Assembly (NCBI GenBank): GCA_963845565.1
Contig: CAWJSJ010000002.1
Span: 1,856,001-1,920,000 of the forward strand
DNA length: 64,000 nt
Source: an uncultured Methylomirabilota bacterium
GTDB lineage: Bacteria; Methylomirabilota; Methylomirabilia; Methylomirabilales; 2-02-FULL-66-22
Direction: 5' to 3'
Shown: one piece after another, positions 9,683 to 18,855 of the stretch
How positions within the stretch are numbered: the first letter of the stretch is position 1
Layout of the letters: each line of letters begins with the position of its first letter
Notes under the pieces: generated by a model
What the model saw: the letters and a program-made list of their open reading frames with translations, nothing else
Databases searched by the model: none
Told to the model about the DNA's origin: nothing
Program-made: the position numbers and the translations under genes

Positions 9683-10714
9683 ATGCGGGCGCTTGTTAAG
9701 ACGGAGCCGGTCCCCGGCGCGGCCCTGCTGGATATTGAGGAGCCGCGTCTCCAGCGTGACGAGGTAATGGTCGCGGTGAAGGTCGGAGCCATCTGCGGGA
9801 CCGACATTCACTTCTACCACTGGGATCCGGCCTCGACGAATTTTCCCGTCCGCTTCCCACTGATCCTCGGCCACGAATATGCCGGGGACGTCGTCGAGGT
9901 TGGGGCCGACGTGCGCGGGATCGCGGTCGGCGACCGCATCTCAGTCGAGACCCACATCCCGTGCGGTGGGTGTTACCAGTGCGGCCTTGGAGAGGGGCAC
10001 AATTGCCAGGATATGGGCCTGGTAGGAATCAGCTATCCTGGCGCCTTCGCTCGTTACGCCAAGGTGCCGGCCAAGGTCGCGTTTAAGCTGCCGTCGGGTG
10101 TATCGTACGAAGAGGGGTCGCTGTTCGAGCCGGCCGGCGTGGCCATGCGCGGCGTGGATGAGGCCCACATTGCCCCCGGAGACCTAGTGGTGGTCCTGGG
10201 GTGCGGCCCCATCGGCTTGATCGCCATCCAGATTGCGCGGGCGGTCGGAGCCGCCCAGGTGATCGGCGTGGACATCAACGAGTTCCGGCTGGAGATGGCG
10301 CGCCGCATGGGGGCCCTCGCCGTCAACGCGACGAAAGAGTCGGTCGTCGACGCGGTCAAGAAGGTGGCCGGAAGAAAGGGGGGTGCCGACGCCATCATCG
10401 AGCTGAGCGGGGCGCCGGAGGTCTATGATTACATCTTCGAGATTCTGCGTCTGGAGGGGCGGATCGTGACGGTCGGTCACGTGTCCCGGCCCATCAGCGT
10501 GAACATCTCGAAACAGATCAATCTGAAGGGAGTGTCCCTGAAGGGGGTCTTCGGGCGCCGGATCTGGGAGACCTGGGAGCATCTGTCCTCCCTCGTGGCC
10601 GCCAAGCGGATCGATCTGTCCGGGGTCGTCACGCACCGCTTTCCGCTGGAAGGATTCGAGGACGCTTTCCGACAGGTGCACGGCGAGGCGGGCAAGGTAC
10701 TGTTCGTTCCGTGA
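9683..10714 (+). CDS. Zn-dependent alcohol/polyol dehydrogenase (threonine 3-dehydrogenase-like MDR)
   Basis: ICGTD, GHE.AG, CxxCxxC..C structural Zn site, GCGPIG. Confidence 0.88.
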   Translation: MRALVKTEPVPGAALLDIEEPRLQRDEVMVAVKVGAICGTDIHFYHWDPASTNFPVRFPLILGHEYAGDVVEVGADVRGIAVGDRISVETHIPCGGCYQCGLGEGHNCQDMGLVGISYPGAFARYAKVPAKVAFKLPSGVSYEEGSLFEPAGVAMRGVDEAHIAPGDLVVVLGCGPIGLIAIQIARAVGAAQVIGVDINEFRLEMARRMGALAVNATKESVVDAVKKVAGRKGGADAIIELSGAPEVYDYIFEILRLEGRIVTVGHVSRPISVNISKQINLKGVSLKGVFGRRIWETWEHLSSLVAAKRIDLSGVVTHRFPLEGFEDAFRQVHGEAGKVLFVP

Positions 10715-10773
10715 GGTCAGCACGCATAGCGGACATTCACCGGCATCGGGGAAAACAACAAGGAGGTCGAACC

Positions 10774-11775
10774 ATGCGGAAGCGCGGAATGGTCGTGACC
10801 CTGACGGTCCTCAGTCTCGCCCTCAGCATGTTCCTGGTCCCGGGCGGGCCGGCATCGGCGCAGCAGAAAGTCATCAAGCTGGGCCTCACGGCGGCCGAGG
10901 GGACGCCGGAGGTCGTGGCCAGCCGGGAATTCGCCAAGATCCTTGAGAAGAAATCGGGCGGCGCCATGCGGGCCGACATTCTGGCGGGCGGCCTGGCCGG
11001 CGGCGAGCGGGACATCGTCGAGGGCCAGCAGATCGGCAGCCTGCACATGTCGGTGGTCTCCGGCATCATCCAGAACTTCGACCCGGCCATGATGATCCTC
11101 GAGTACGAGTTCCTGTTCAAGAACGAGGATCACGTCAAGAAGGTCATGAACGGCCCTATCGGGGAGCAGATCAACAAGCGACTCGCGGACAAAGCCAAGC
11201 TCCGCTACCTGGCGGTCTTCATGCGGACGCCGCGGATCTTGACGACCAGCAAGCCGGTGACCAAGGTGGGGGACCTGAAAGGCTTGAAGATCCGGGTGCC
11301 CGAGATGCCGGCCCGGCTGGCTCTCTGGCGGGCGATGGGCGCCAGCCCGACCCCCCTGGCGTTCCCGGAGGTCTTCACCGCCCTGCAATTGGGGACGATC
11401 GACGGTCAGGAAAACCCCGTGGGATTGATCTACAGCGCCAAGTTTCACGAGATCGTCAAGTACCTGGCCCTGACGAACCACATCTACGGTTTTATGCTGT
11501 TGACGATCGGGGATGAGTTCTACAAGTCGCTCACTCCAGAGCAGCGCAAATGGGTGGAGGAGTCGGCGAAGGAGGCCGCCGTATTCAACGACAAGTACGT
11601 CAAGGACACCGAGGCCGACTTCATGGCCAAGGTCACCAAGACGATGACCGTCTCCAGGCCCGATGTGGCACCGTGGCGCGAGGCCACCAAGGACGTCTAC
11701 AAGCAGTTCCTAAGCGTGCAAGGCTTCGGGGATCTGTACATGGCCATCGTGGACGCCGGCAAGGAATACAAGTAG
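10774..11775 (+). CDS. TRAP transporter substrate-binding protein DctP
   Basis: Signal peptide; DLKGLKIRV, EVFTALQLGTIDGQENP. Confidence 0.92.
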   Translation: MRKRGMVVTLTVLSLALSMFLVPGGPASAQQKVIKLGLTAAEGTPEVVASREFAKILEKKSGGAMRADILAGGLAGGERDIVEGQQIGSLHMSVVSGIIQNFDPAMMILEYEFLFKNEDHVKKVMNGPIGEQINKRLADKAKLRYLAVFMRTPRILTTSKPVTKVGDLKGLKIRVPEMPARLALWRAMGASPTPLAFPEVFTALQLGTIDGQENPVGLIYSAKFHEIVKYLALTNHIYGFMLLTIGDEFYKSLTPEQRKWVEESAKEAAVFNDKYVKDTEADFMAKVTKTMTVSRPDVAPWREATKDVYKQFLSVQGFGDLYMAIVDAGKEYK

Positions 11776-11875
11776 TCCTGATCCCGGGGGCGGGGGCTGC
11801 ATCCCGCCCCCGGCAGGACCAACCGGCCGTTCGAGTCGCGGTCGATTTGGTGCGGCACGATACGCCCGGCCGCGG

Positions 11876-12391
11876 ATGGAGCCAATTACCATGCAGGCAA
11901 TCGTTTGCGCATTCGACCTTCTGGAAAAGACCATCAAGGTTCTGATGGCTGCCCTGATTGCGGGCATGGTGGTCTTGATCGCCACGCAGGTCTGCTTCCG
12001 CTACGTGCTCAACGAGCCGTTGGCATGGACCGAGGAAGTCGCCAGACATCTGATGATCTGGTCGGCGCTGCTGGGGGCGGCCGTGGCGTATCGGCGCAAG
12101 GGTCATCTCGGGATGGACATCCTCGTGATGCACCTGCCGCTCCACTGGCGGCGAGCAGTGGAGGTTATCCTCCAGGTGCTCTCGATCGGCTTCTTCGGAA
12201 TCCTCGTCGTCCATGGGATTCCCCTGGTCGAGCGAACCATGCGCCAGCTCTCGAGCGCCATCCGCATCCCGATGGGGTACATCTACGCAGCGATTCCCGT
12301 CGGCTCCGCCCTTATCCTGCTCTTTGCGATCGAGAGACTCGTTCGGGCGCGGGAAGAACAGGCGAGTTCGGACGACGCCAGACCGGCATAG
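11876..12391 (+). CDS. TRAP small permease DctQ
   Basis: QVCFRYV, WTEEVAR, H.GMD; 4 TM. Confidence 0.88.
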   Translation: MEPITMQAIVCAFDLLEKTIKVLMAALIAGMVVLIATQVCFRYVLNEPLAWTEEVARHLMIWSALLGAAVAYRRKGHLGMDILVMHLPLHWRRAVEVILQVLSIGFFGILVVHGIPLVERTMRQLSSAIRIPMGYIYAAIPVGSALILLFAIERLVRAREEQASSDDARPA

Positions 12392-12406
12392 GGGGAAGGA
12401 AAGTCC

Positions 12407-13681
12407 ATGCTGCTATTCCTGCTGGTCTTCTTCGCGCTCGTGGTGCTGAGCACTCCCATCAGCATCGCCCTGGGTATCACGTCGATCGTCATGGTGTTGA
12501 CCCAGACCGACCTCAAGCTCATGGTGGTCGCCCAGCGAATGTTTACCGGGATTGACTCCTTTCCGCTCATGGCCATCCCATTCTTCATCCTGTCAGGCCA
12601 CCTCATGAACGCCGGGGGGACGACTCAGCGCTTGATCACCTTCTGTAACGCCCTGGTCGGCCGTCTACGGGGCGGCCTGGCCAACATCTCTATCGTGGGC
12701 AACATGATCATGGCCGGCATTTCCGGCTCTTCGGTGGCCGACGCCTCGGCGCTGGGGTCGATTATCATCCCGGCGATGAAGAAGGAGGGGTACGACGCGG
12801 ACTACGCGGCGGCGGTCAACGCCACGGCTTCCACGATTGGGATCATCATCCCGCCGAGTATTCCCATGATTCTCCTCGGTGTTGTGGCGTCCGTGTCCAT
12901 CCGAGATCTCTTCATCGGAGGCGCCGTCCCCGGTGTGGTGACGGGCCTGGTGCTGATGTCAATCTCCACGTACGTCGCCTACAAGCGGGGGTATCCCAAG
13001 CACGCGCGGGTCTCTGCGGTTGAGGCGTTGCGTCTCACGTTCTTCTGTGTGCCTGCCCTCTTCATGCCCATCGCCATCGTCGGGGGAATCGTGCTGGGAA
13101 TCTTCACCCCCACGGAAGCCGCGGTGATTGCGGTGGTCTATGCGATGATCGTGGGATTCATGATCTATCGGGAGCTGACCTGGGGGAAGGTCCTCGAGGC
13201 TCTGTACGAAACCGGCGTGCAGACGGCCGTGGTGCTGCTGGTGATCGCGACGGCGTCCGTGATCTCGTGGCTTCTGGCCTACAATCTGATCCCGCAAAAG
13301 CTGGCCGAATCATTAGCGGCCTATAACCCCTCCCAGACGATGCTGCTGGCGATCATTGCGATCGTCTGCCTGATCACGGGGACGGTGATCGACGTGGCAC
13401 CGGCCATCATATTGTTGGGTTCGGTCTTCGCGCCGATTGCCTTCAAGCTCAACATCGACCCTGTCCATTTCGGGGTCCTGCTGGTGTACGGAATGGCCAT
13501 TGGCCTGTTCACGCCTCCGGTTGGGACCACTCTCATCCTGTCCTGCTACATCGCCAAGACCACCCTCTTCAAGAGCTTCAAGGCTTGTCTTCCCTTCTTG
13601 GTTGGGATGGTGGCGGTGCTGGCGGGTCTCGTGTTCTTCAAGGAGTTCGCACTCTTTCTTCCTCGCCTGCTGTTTCACTAG
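12407..13681 (+). CDS. TRAP large permease DctM
   Basis: AIPFFIL, SGSSVADA, IIPPSIPM, FTPTEAA, TPPVG. Confidence 0.92.
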   Translation: MLLFLLVFFALVVLSTPISIALGITSIVMVLTQTDLKLMVVAQRMFTGIDSFPLMAIPFFILSGHLMNAGGTTQRLITFCNALVGRLRGGLANISIVGNMIMAGISGSSVADASALGSIIIPAMKKEGYDADYAAAVNATASTIGIIIPPSIPMILLGVVASVSIRDLFIGGAVPGVVTGLVLMSISTYVAYKRGYPKHARVSAVEALRLTFFCVPALFMPIAIVGGIVLGIFTPTEAAVIAVVYAMIVGFMIYRELTWGKVLEALYETGVQTAVVLLVIATASVISWLLAYNLIPQKLAESLAAYNPSQTMLLAIIAIVCLITGTVIDVAPAIILLGSVFAPIAFKLNIDPVHFGVLLVYGMAIGLFTPPVGTTLILSCYIAKTTLFKSFKACLPFLVGMVAVLAGLVFFKEFALFLPRLLFH

Positions 13682-13765
13682 CCCCGATCGGGGAAACAGT
13701 GCGCCGTTGGCGCAGCGATCCAGTCAGGGCGGCGACGCCGCCCGTATTCTCCCAGGAGGGCTGCC

Positions 13766-14770
13766 ATGGGAAAGCATTTTCAGACCTGCGCCGCTGACGG
13801 AGCAGAGGCCTTCGGCACTCCGGTGATCTTCGTCTCCGCGAGGAGTATCCCCGCGGCGATCTATGCGGCGATGCGCGAGGTGCTGGCGCGGGGCCGTCGG
13901 ATGCGCACGGCGTACGACCGGAAGGACCCCGAAGGCAACTACATCGACCCGCCCAGCCTGGATGTCAGCTCGGCGATCGAGATTCTGGATCCCTACGCGC
14001 AACCACGATACCCGAAGTCCAGTTGCGTCGAGATCGGCAAGTACATCGCGGAAACGTGCTGGGGCGTCAAGGACCACCTCGTTCTCGACCAGAAGTCGCT
14101 GAAGGAGCGCCTGGCCGCGGGGGAGTTCGACGAGACCAAGGACACCCACTGGCCGTACACCTATCATCAGCGCCTCTTCGCCTACCCGACGTCCGATGGG
14201 CGCACCGTCAATCAGGTCGAGAAGATGCTGGAGCGATTGGCGGAGGACCCACTCACCCGGCGGGCGACGGCCATCACCTTCGTTCCCGAGATCGATCAGT
14301 TCATCAAGGGGGATCTTCCGTGCCTCCAGCGGATCGCGCTGCGGTGCACGGAAGACGGGGCGGGGCGCCTCCGGCTCCACATGAACACGCACTGGCGGTC
14401 GCGGGACCTGTTCAACGCGGCAGCCGACAACATCATCGCCATGACGTTCTGGCAGCGGGAATGGGCGGACGTCTTGTCCGGGATGATGGGGAGGACAGTG
14501 CTGGTCGGAACCTACAAGGACTTTGCCGACTCGTTGCACATTTACGGACAGGTGCTGGCGGGCATGGACGTCGAGAAGATGGTCGGCGCGTGGAACAGCC
14601 TGGCGATGGAAGACCAGGGGTACGCGAGCGACGATGCGCGCGATCTGCTGGTGATCCCGGACCTGGAAAAACTCCTGGGCGAGGACTTCCAGTGGCACTT
14701 TCCCGATCGCGCCAAGGAAAAGATCACGAGTGAGATCGAGCGGATGAGACGAGGAGAGTATCTTCCGTAA
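13766..14770 (+). CDS. thyA: Thymidylate synthase, archaeal-type ThyA-like
   Basis: YTYHQRL, TRRA, catalytic PCLQ, RSRD.....N, SLHIY motifs. Confidence 0.75.
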   Translation: MGKHFQTCAADGAEAFGTPVIFVSARSIPAAIYAAMREVLARGRRMRTAYDRKDPEGNYIDPPSLDVSSAIEILDPYAQPRYPKSSCVEIGKYIAETCWGVKDHLVLDQKSLKERLAAGEFDETKDTHWPYTYHQRLFAYPTSDGRTVNQVEKMLERLAEDPLTRRATAITFVPEIDQFIKGDLPCLQRIALRCTEDGAGRLRLHMNTHWRSRDLFNAAADNIIAMTFWQREWADVLSGMMGRTVLVGTYKDFADSLHIYGQVLAGMDVEKMVGAWNSLAMEDQGYASDDARDLLVIPDLEKLLGEDFQWHFPDRAKEKITSEIERMRRGEYLP

Positions 14771-14788
14771 CCCCGGAGGGTCGCTCGC

Positions 14789-15550
14789 CTAATCTGGGTC
14801 CGGAGCCTGGTCGTCGTCGGCCGAGTCGTCGAGCCGGCAGATGCCTCGTTTGGATGCGGCGATGAAGTCGCACATCTCGATGGCGGGGCCGCCCTGGAAA
14901 TTCCCGCGAATCGCCTCCAGCGCCTGGGTCACGTTCAAACTGGCACGATAGAGGAGTCGAAACGCCTCCTTCGCCTCGGCGCGTTCCGTAGGGGTCATGC
15001 CGGCGCGGCGCATGCCGATGACGTTCAATGCGGTGACAGCATTCAGCGCCGTCGGGCGCATGGTGCAGAACGGCGGGACGTCTTTCGTCGCTGCTGCGAG
15101 GCCTCCCAGCATCGCCAACCGGCCGATCCGCACGAACTGGTGGACGCACGCGTTGCCGCTGATGAACGCGAGATCCCCGATCTCAACGTAGCCTGCCAGC
15201 AGCGCACCGTTCGCCAAGATCACCCGGCGGCCGAGTTGGACGTTATGACCGAGGTGGCTGTGGGCCATGAGATAGCAGCCGTCGCCGACGACGGTGCCGG
15301 TCCCCTCCTTGGTGCCGCGATGGATCGTCACGTGCTCCCGGATCACGCAACCCGCTCCGATCCTCACGACGCTGTCGACGTTCTTGAAGGCCAGGTCCTG
15401 GGGCACGTCGCCGATCACCGCGCCGGTATGGATGCGGCAGTGCGGTCCGATGGTCGCATGGCGGAAGATCACCGCATGCGGCCCGACCTCGACGTCATCG
15501 CCAATCGCCGCGCCGTCTTCGATGATTGCGGTTGGGTGGATGCGCGTCAT
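14789..15550 (-). CDS. lpxA: UDP-N-acetylglucosamine acyltransferase
   Basis: Hexapeptide repeats, PQDL, REHVTIHRGT, HSHLGHN, HQFVRIG, DVPPF. Confidence 0.9.
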   Translation of the reverse strand: MTRIHPTAIIEDGAAIGDDVEVGPHAVIFRHATIGPHCRIHTGAVIGDVPQDLAFKNVDSVVRIGAGCVIREHVTIHRGTKEGTGTVVGDGCYLMAHSHLGHNVQLGRRVILANGALLAGYVEIGDLAFISGNACVHQFVRIGRLAMLGGLAAATKDVPPFCTMRPTALNAVTALNVIGMRRAGMTPTERAEAKEAFRLLYRASLNVTQALEAIRGNFQGGPAIEMCDFIAASKRGICRLDDSADDDQAPDPD

Positions 15551-15655
15551 GGCGTGTTCCTCGATGGGAGGCGGACCGGGTCCGGCTTCCGTATGCCGAT
15601 GCCGTCCCGCGTCGGCGCGTTGCTCTTGTGCTTCAGGGTACCGTGACCGTGCGCC

Positions 15656-15994
15656 TCAGTGGAATCTTCCCGCCACGGCCTTCCCCCCGAAGAAGTCGTC
15701 CAGGATCTCGTCGTCGTCGAGGAAGTCCCCCAGCCGATGATAGCGCCGGACGCTGTCCACGCCCACGGTGAAGCCGAGATAAAAGGCCGTGGCTTCGGCG
15801 ACGGTCAGCGAAGTCTTCTGGGCGATGGTCTGGATGGTGCGCTCCATATCGGGGAACGACTCACGACACCCGCCGCAGGTTCCCGTGAACCGAATCTCCA
15901 GCTCCCCCGATGCGGCCCGGCCGATCCGGACATGCTCGTCGCTGTCCCAGCCGGGAAGGTAGAGTGCCGAGGTCTCTTCTTTGGACTTAGCCAT
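15656..15994 (-). CDS. Small protein with NifU/NfuA-like CxxC motif
   Basis: RBS GAGGAG; EIRFTGTCGGCRES resembles the NifU C-terminal GxCxGC motif. Confidence 0.55.
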   Translation of the reverse strand: MAKSKEETSALYLPGWDSDEHVRIGRAASGELEIRFTGTCGGCRESFPDMERTIQTIAQKTSLTVAEATAFYLGFTVGVDSVRRYHRLGDFLDDDEILDDFFGGKAVAGRFH

Positions 15995-16003
15995 GATATC
16001 TCC

Positions 16004-17131
16004 TCAAGTCTGGTCACATCTCGGATCGGCGACGGTGGTCGCCCCTGCCGGGAGCAAGTGCGCCGTAGTGGGCGGAAAGTCGAAGGCGGCGATCGCGCCC
16101 TCCTCCAACACGCCGTGCTCCAGGGGGCTGCCGATTACGGCCAGGATCGTGGAGCCCTCCCAGTCCAGCTCGTATTCCACGGTGGCGCCCAGATAGACCG
16201 CCCGGCGAATGGCCCCCCGAAAGGCGGCCGGTTCGGCGGCCGTTGCCGGCGCGAGACGGATGGTCTCTGGCCGCACGACCAGGGTGACCGGCTCGCCCGG
16301 CCGGACGCGCGCATCGCGGAGGGGCACCTTCACGAGGCGCCCCCGGACATCCACGCCGGCCATCCCGTCGCTCGTGCCGGCCAGGCGCCCTTCCAGGAAG
16401 TTCACCCGGCCGATGAAGTCCGCCACGAACCGATTGGTCGGGTGGGCATAGATCTCGAACGGCCCGGCAACCTGCTGGACGCGGCCCGATTCCATCACCA
16501 CGATGCGATCCGAGAGGGCCATGGCCTCGGCCTGGTCATGCGTCACGTAGACCCCGGTGATGTTCAGCCGGCGCTGGAGCCGCCGCACCTCGCCCCGCAT
16601 CTGCTCGCGGAGCTTGGCATCCAGGTTGGACAGCGGCTCGTCGAAGAGCAGGACACGGGGCTCTGTCACGATGGCCCGGGCCAAGGCCACCCGCTGCTGC
16701 TGGCCGCCGGAGAGCTGCTCCGGCGACCGATGCTGCAACCCGGCCAGTTCCACCAGCTCCAGCACGGCGCCGACGCGGGAGGCGATCTCCGCCTTGCCGA
16801 GGCCGCGCATCTCCAACCCGAAGGCCACGTTTTCGGCGACGGTGAGGTGCGGGAAGATGGCATAGCTCTGGAACACCATGGCGGTGTTCCGGGCGTGGGG
16901 CGGCGTGGTGCTGACGTCCGTTCCGTCGATCAGGATCCGGCCTGCCGTCGGCATCTCGAAGCCGGCGATCATCCGGAGGGCGGTGGTCTTGCCGCAGCCG
17001 GACGGTCCCAGCAGCGTGACGAGCTCCCCCTCGCGCACCTCCAAGGACACGCCGTCCACCGCGGTGACACGGCCGCCTGCCCGGTGCGGGTCGTCGAAGG
17101 TCTTGGTGACGTTCTCCAGGATGACGCTCAT
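16004..17131 (-). CDS. ABC transporter ATP-binding protein (FbpC/PotA family, TOBE domain)
   Basis: GPSGCGKT, LSGGQQQR, DEPLSNLD. Confidence 0.92.
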   Translation of the reverse strand: MSVILENVTKTFDDPHRAGGRVTAVDGVSLEVREGELVTLLGPSGCGKTTALRMIAGFEMPTAGRILIDGTDVSTTPPHARNTAMVFQSYAIFPHLTVAENVAFGLEMRGLGKAEIASRVGAVLELVELAGLQHRSPEQLSGGQQQRVALARAIVTEPRVLLFDEPLSNLDAKLREQMRGEVRRLQRRLNITGVYVTHDQAEAMALSDRIVVMESGRVQQVAGPFEIYAHPTNRFVADFIGRVNFLEGRLAGTSDGMAGVDVRGRLVKVPLRDARVRPGEPVTLVVRPETIRLAPATAAEPAAFRGAIRRAVYLGATVEYELDWEGSTILAVIGSPLEHGVLEEGAIAAFDFPPTTAHLLPAGATTVADPRCDQT

Positions 17132-17146
17132 CGTTTCCCCATCCGC

Positions 17147-18847
17147 CTATCCAAACGTGGCCTGATAGCGGTAGTCAAAGAGCTGGCCCAAGACGAGCCG
17201 AATCACGCCGATGGCCACCAGGATGATGAGGATCAGGATGACGCTGAAGGCCGCCGCCGCCCCAAGGCGGCCGGCTTCGGTCTGGGAGAGGATCTGGACC
17301 GTCATGAGGTTCCAGTCGGCCGAGACCAGGAAGATGGCCGCGCTGATGGCGGTCATGGCGCGGACGAAGGAAAAGACCAGCCCGGAGAAGAAGGCCGGGA
17401 CCAGGAGCGGCAGAGTGATCCGCCGGAACGTGGTCTGGGTGCTGGCGCCAAGATTGGTGGCGGCCTCCTCGATCGCCGGGTCGATCTGACGGAGGACCGC
17501 CATCCCCGACTGGATGCCCACCGGGATGTAGCGAAAGAGGAAATTGGCGATCAGGATGGTGGCCGTGCCGGTAAGGAGGAGCGGCTTCTGGTTGAAGGCC
17601 AGGATGTACCCGATGCCGATGACGGTACCGGGGACCGCGAAGTTCAGGATGGAGACGAACTCCAGCGTTCGCCGGCCCGGGAAGCGGCGCCGCATGACCA
17701 GGAAAGCGATGGCCATCCCCAAGAGGCCCGCCAGGGGGCTGGAGGTCACGGCGATGATCAGGGTGTCGGTGATGGCCTGAGCCCCCACGCCGAAGACGTA
17801 TCTGAAATTCCGGAGGGTGATGCTGTGGTCGGCGCCCCAGGCCCGGGAGAAGGCCCCCACCAGGATGGTGGCGTAGAAGAGCAGGACGAAGAGCGCCACG
17901 GCCATGCAGGCCCCGAACAGAACCCACTGCATGGCCGGACTCACCACCTTGAGGACGGCGCGGGTCGGTTTCCCGGTGACGGTCACGTATTGCTTTCGCG
18001 CCACCCAGTAGCGCTGGGCGAGGAACGCCAGCACCGAGGGGACCAGCAGGACGACGGCCAGGGCAGCCCCGCCCGCCAGGTCGTACATCCCCGTCACCTG
18101 GAGATAGACCTGAACCGACAGGACCGGGAACCCGCTCCCGCCCAGGATGAGGGGATTTCCGAAGTCCGCGATGGACTCGATGAAGAGGACCAGGAGGGCG
18201 CTGGCAATTCCAGGAAGGCAAAGGGGCAGCGTCACCCGCCTGAAGGCCTTCCAGCGGGTGGCCCCCAGGTTCGTCGCCGCGTCCTCCAACGTGCCGCCCA
18301 GCGATTCCAGGACGCCCCGCAGGGTGAGGTAGGCCACCGGGAAGAAGGTGAAGACCTGGGCCAGCAGGAGGCCGCGCATTCCGTAGATGGCGAACTCCTG
18401 GAAGCCGAGGAGCTGATGGGTGATCAGGCCGTTGTTGCCGAAGAGCAGGATGATGGAGAGGGCACTGACGAAGGGGGGCGAGATCACCGGGAGGATCGCC
18501 GCCACCGTGAGGAACGACTTGCAGGGAATGTCGGTCCGGGTCAGGGTAAACGCGAACAGGAACCCGACGAGACAGCCGCCCAGCGCCGTGAGGATCCCCA
18601 TCATGACGCTGTTCAGGAAGGCCTGCTGGATGAACCAGCTTCCGAGGAACTCCCGGTAGAGCCGGAAGGTCGGGACCCCGTCCGGGACAAAGCTTTCCGT
18701 AAACACTCGGGCGAGCGGATAGGCGATGAAGAGCAGCAACAGCGCGAAAATGCCGGCCACCCCGACTCCCAGAAGCGGCTCGTTCCGGAGCAGGCGGAGA
18801 TCATGCCGTGTGCGGCTGCCCCACCCTGCGAGGGATTGCGTGCTCAC
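17147..18847 (-). CDS. ABC transporter permease, duplicated domain (FbpB-like)
   Basis: Two EAA loops (LEDAATNLGA, IEEAATNLGA), DFGNP. Confidence 0.9.
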   Translation of the reverse strand: MSTQSLAGWGSRTRHDLRLLRNEPLLGVGVAGIFALLLLFIAYPLARVFTESFVPDGVPTFRLYREFLGSWFIQQAFLNSVMMGILTALGGCLVGFLFAFTLTRTDIPCKSFLTVAAILPVISPPFVSALSIILLFGNNGLITHQLLGFQEFAIYGMRGLLLAQVFTFFPVAYLTLRGVLESLGGTLEDAATNLGATRWKAFRRVTLPLCLPGIASALLVLFIESIADFGNPLILGGSGFPVLSVQVYLQVTGMYDLAGGAALAVVLLVPSVLAFLAQRYWVARKQYVTVTGKPTRAVLKVVSPAMQWVLFGACMAVALFVLLFYATILVGAFSRAWGADHSITLRNFRYVFGVGAQAITDTLIIAVTSSPLAGLLGMAIAFLVMRRRFPGRRTLEFVSILNFAVPGTVIGIGYILAFNQKPLLLTGTATILIANFLFRYIPVGIQSGMAVLRQIDPAIEEAATNLGASTQTTFRRITLPLLVPAFFSGLVFSFVRAMTAISAAIFLVSADWNLMTVQILSQTEAGRLGAAAAFSVILILIILVAIGVIRLVLGQLFDYRYQATFG

Positions 18848-18855
18848 GGCGGATC

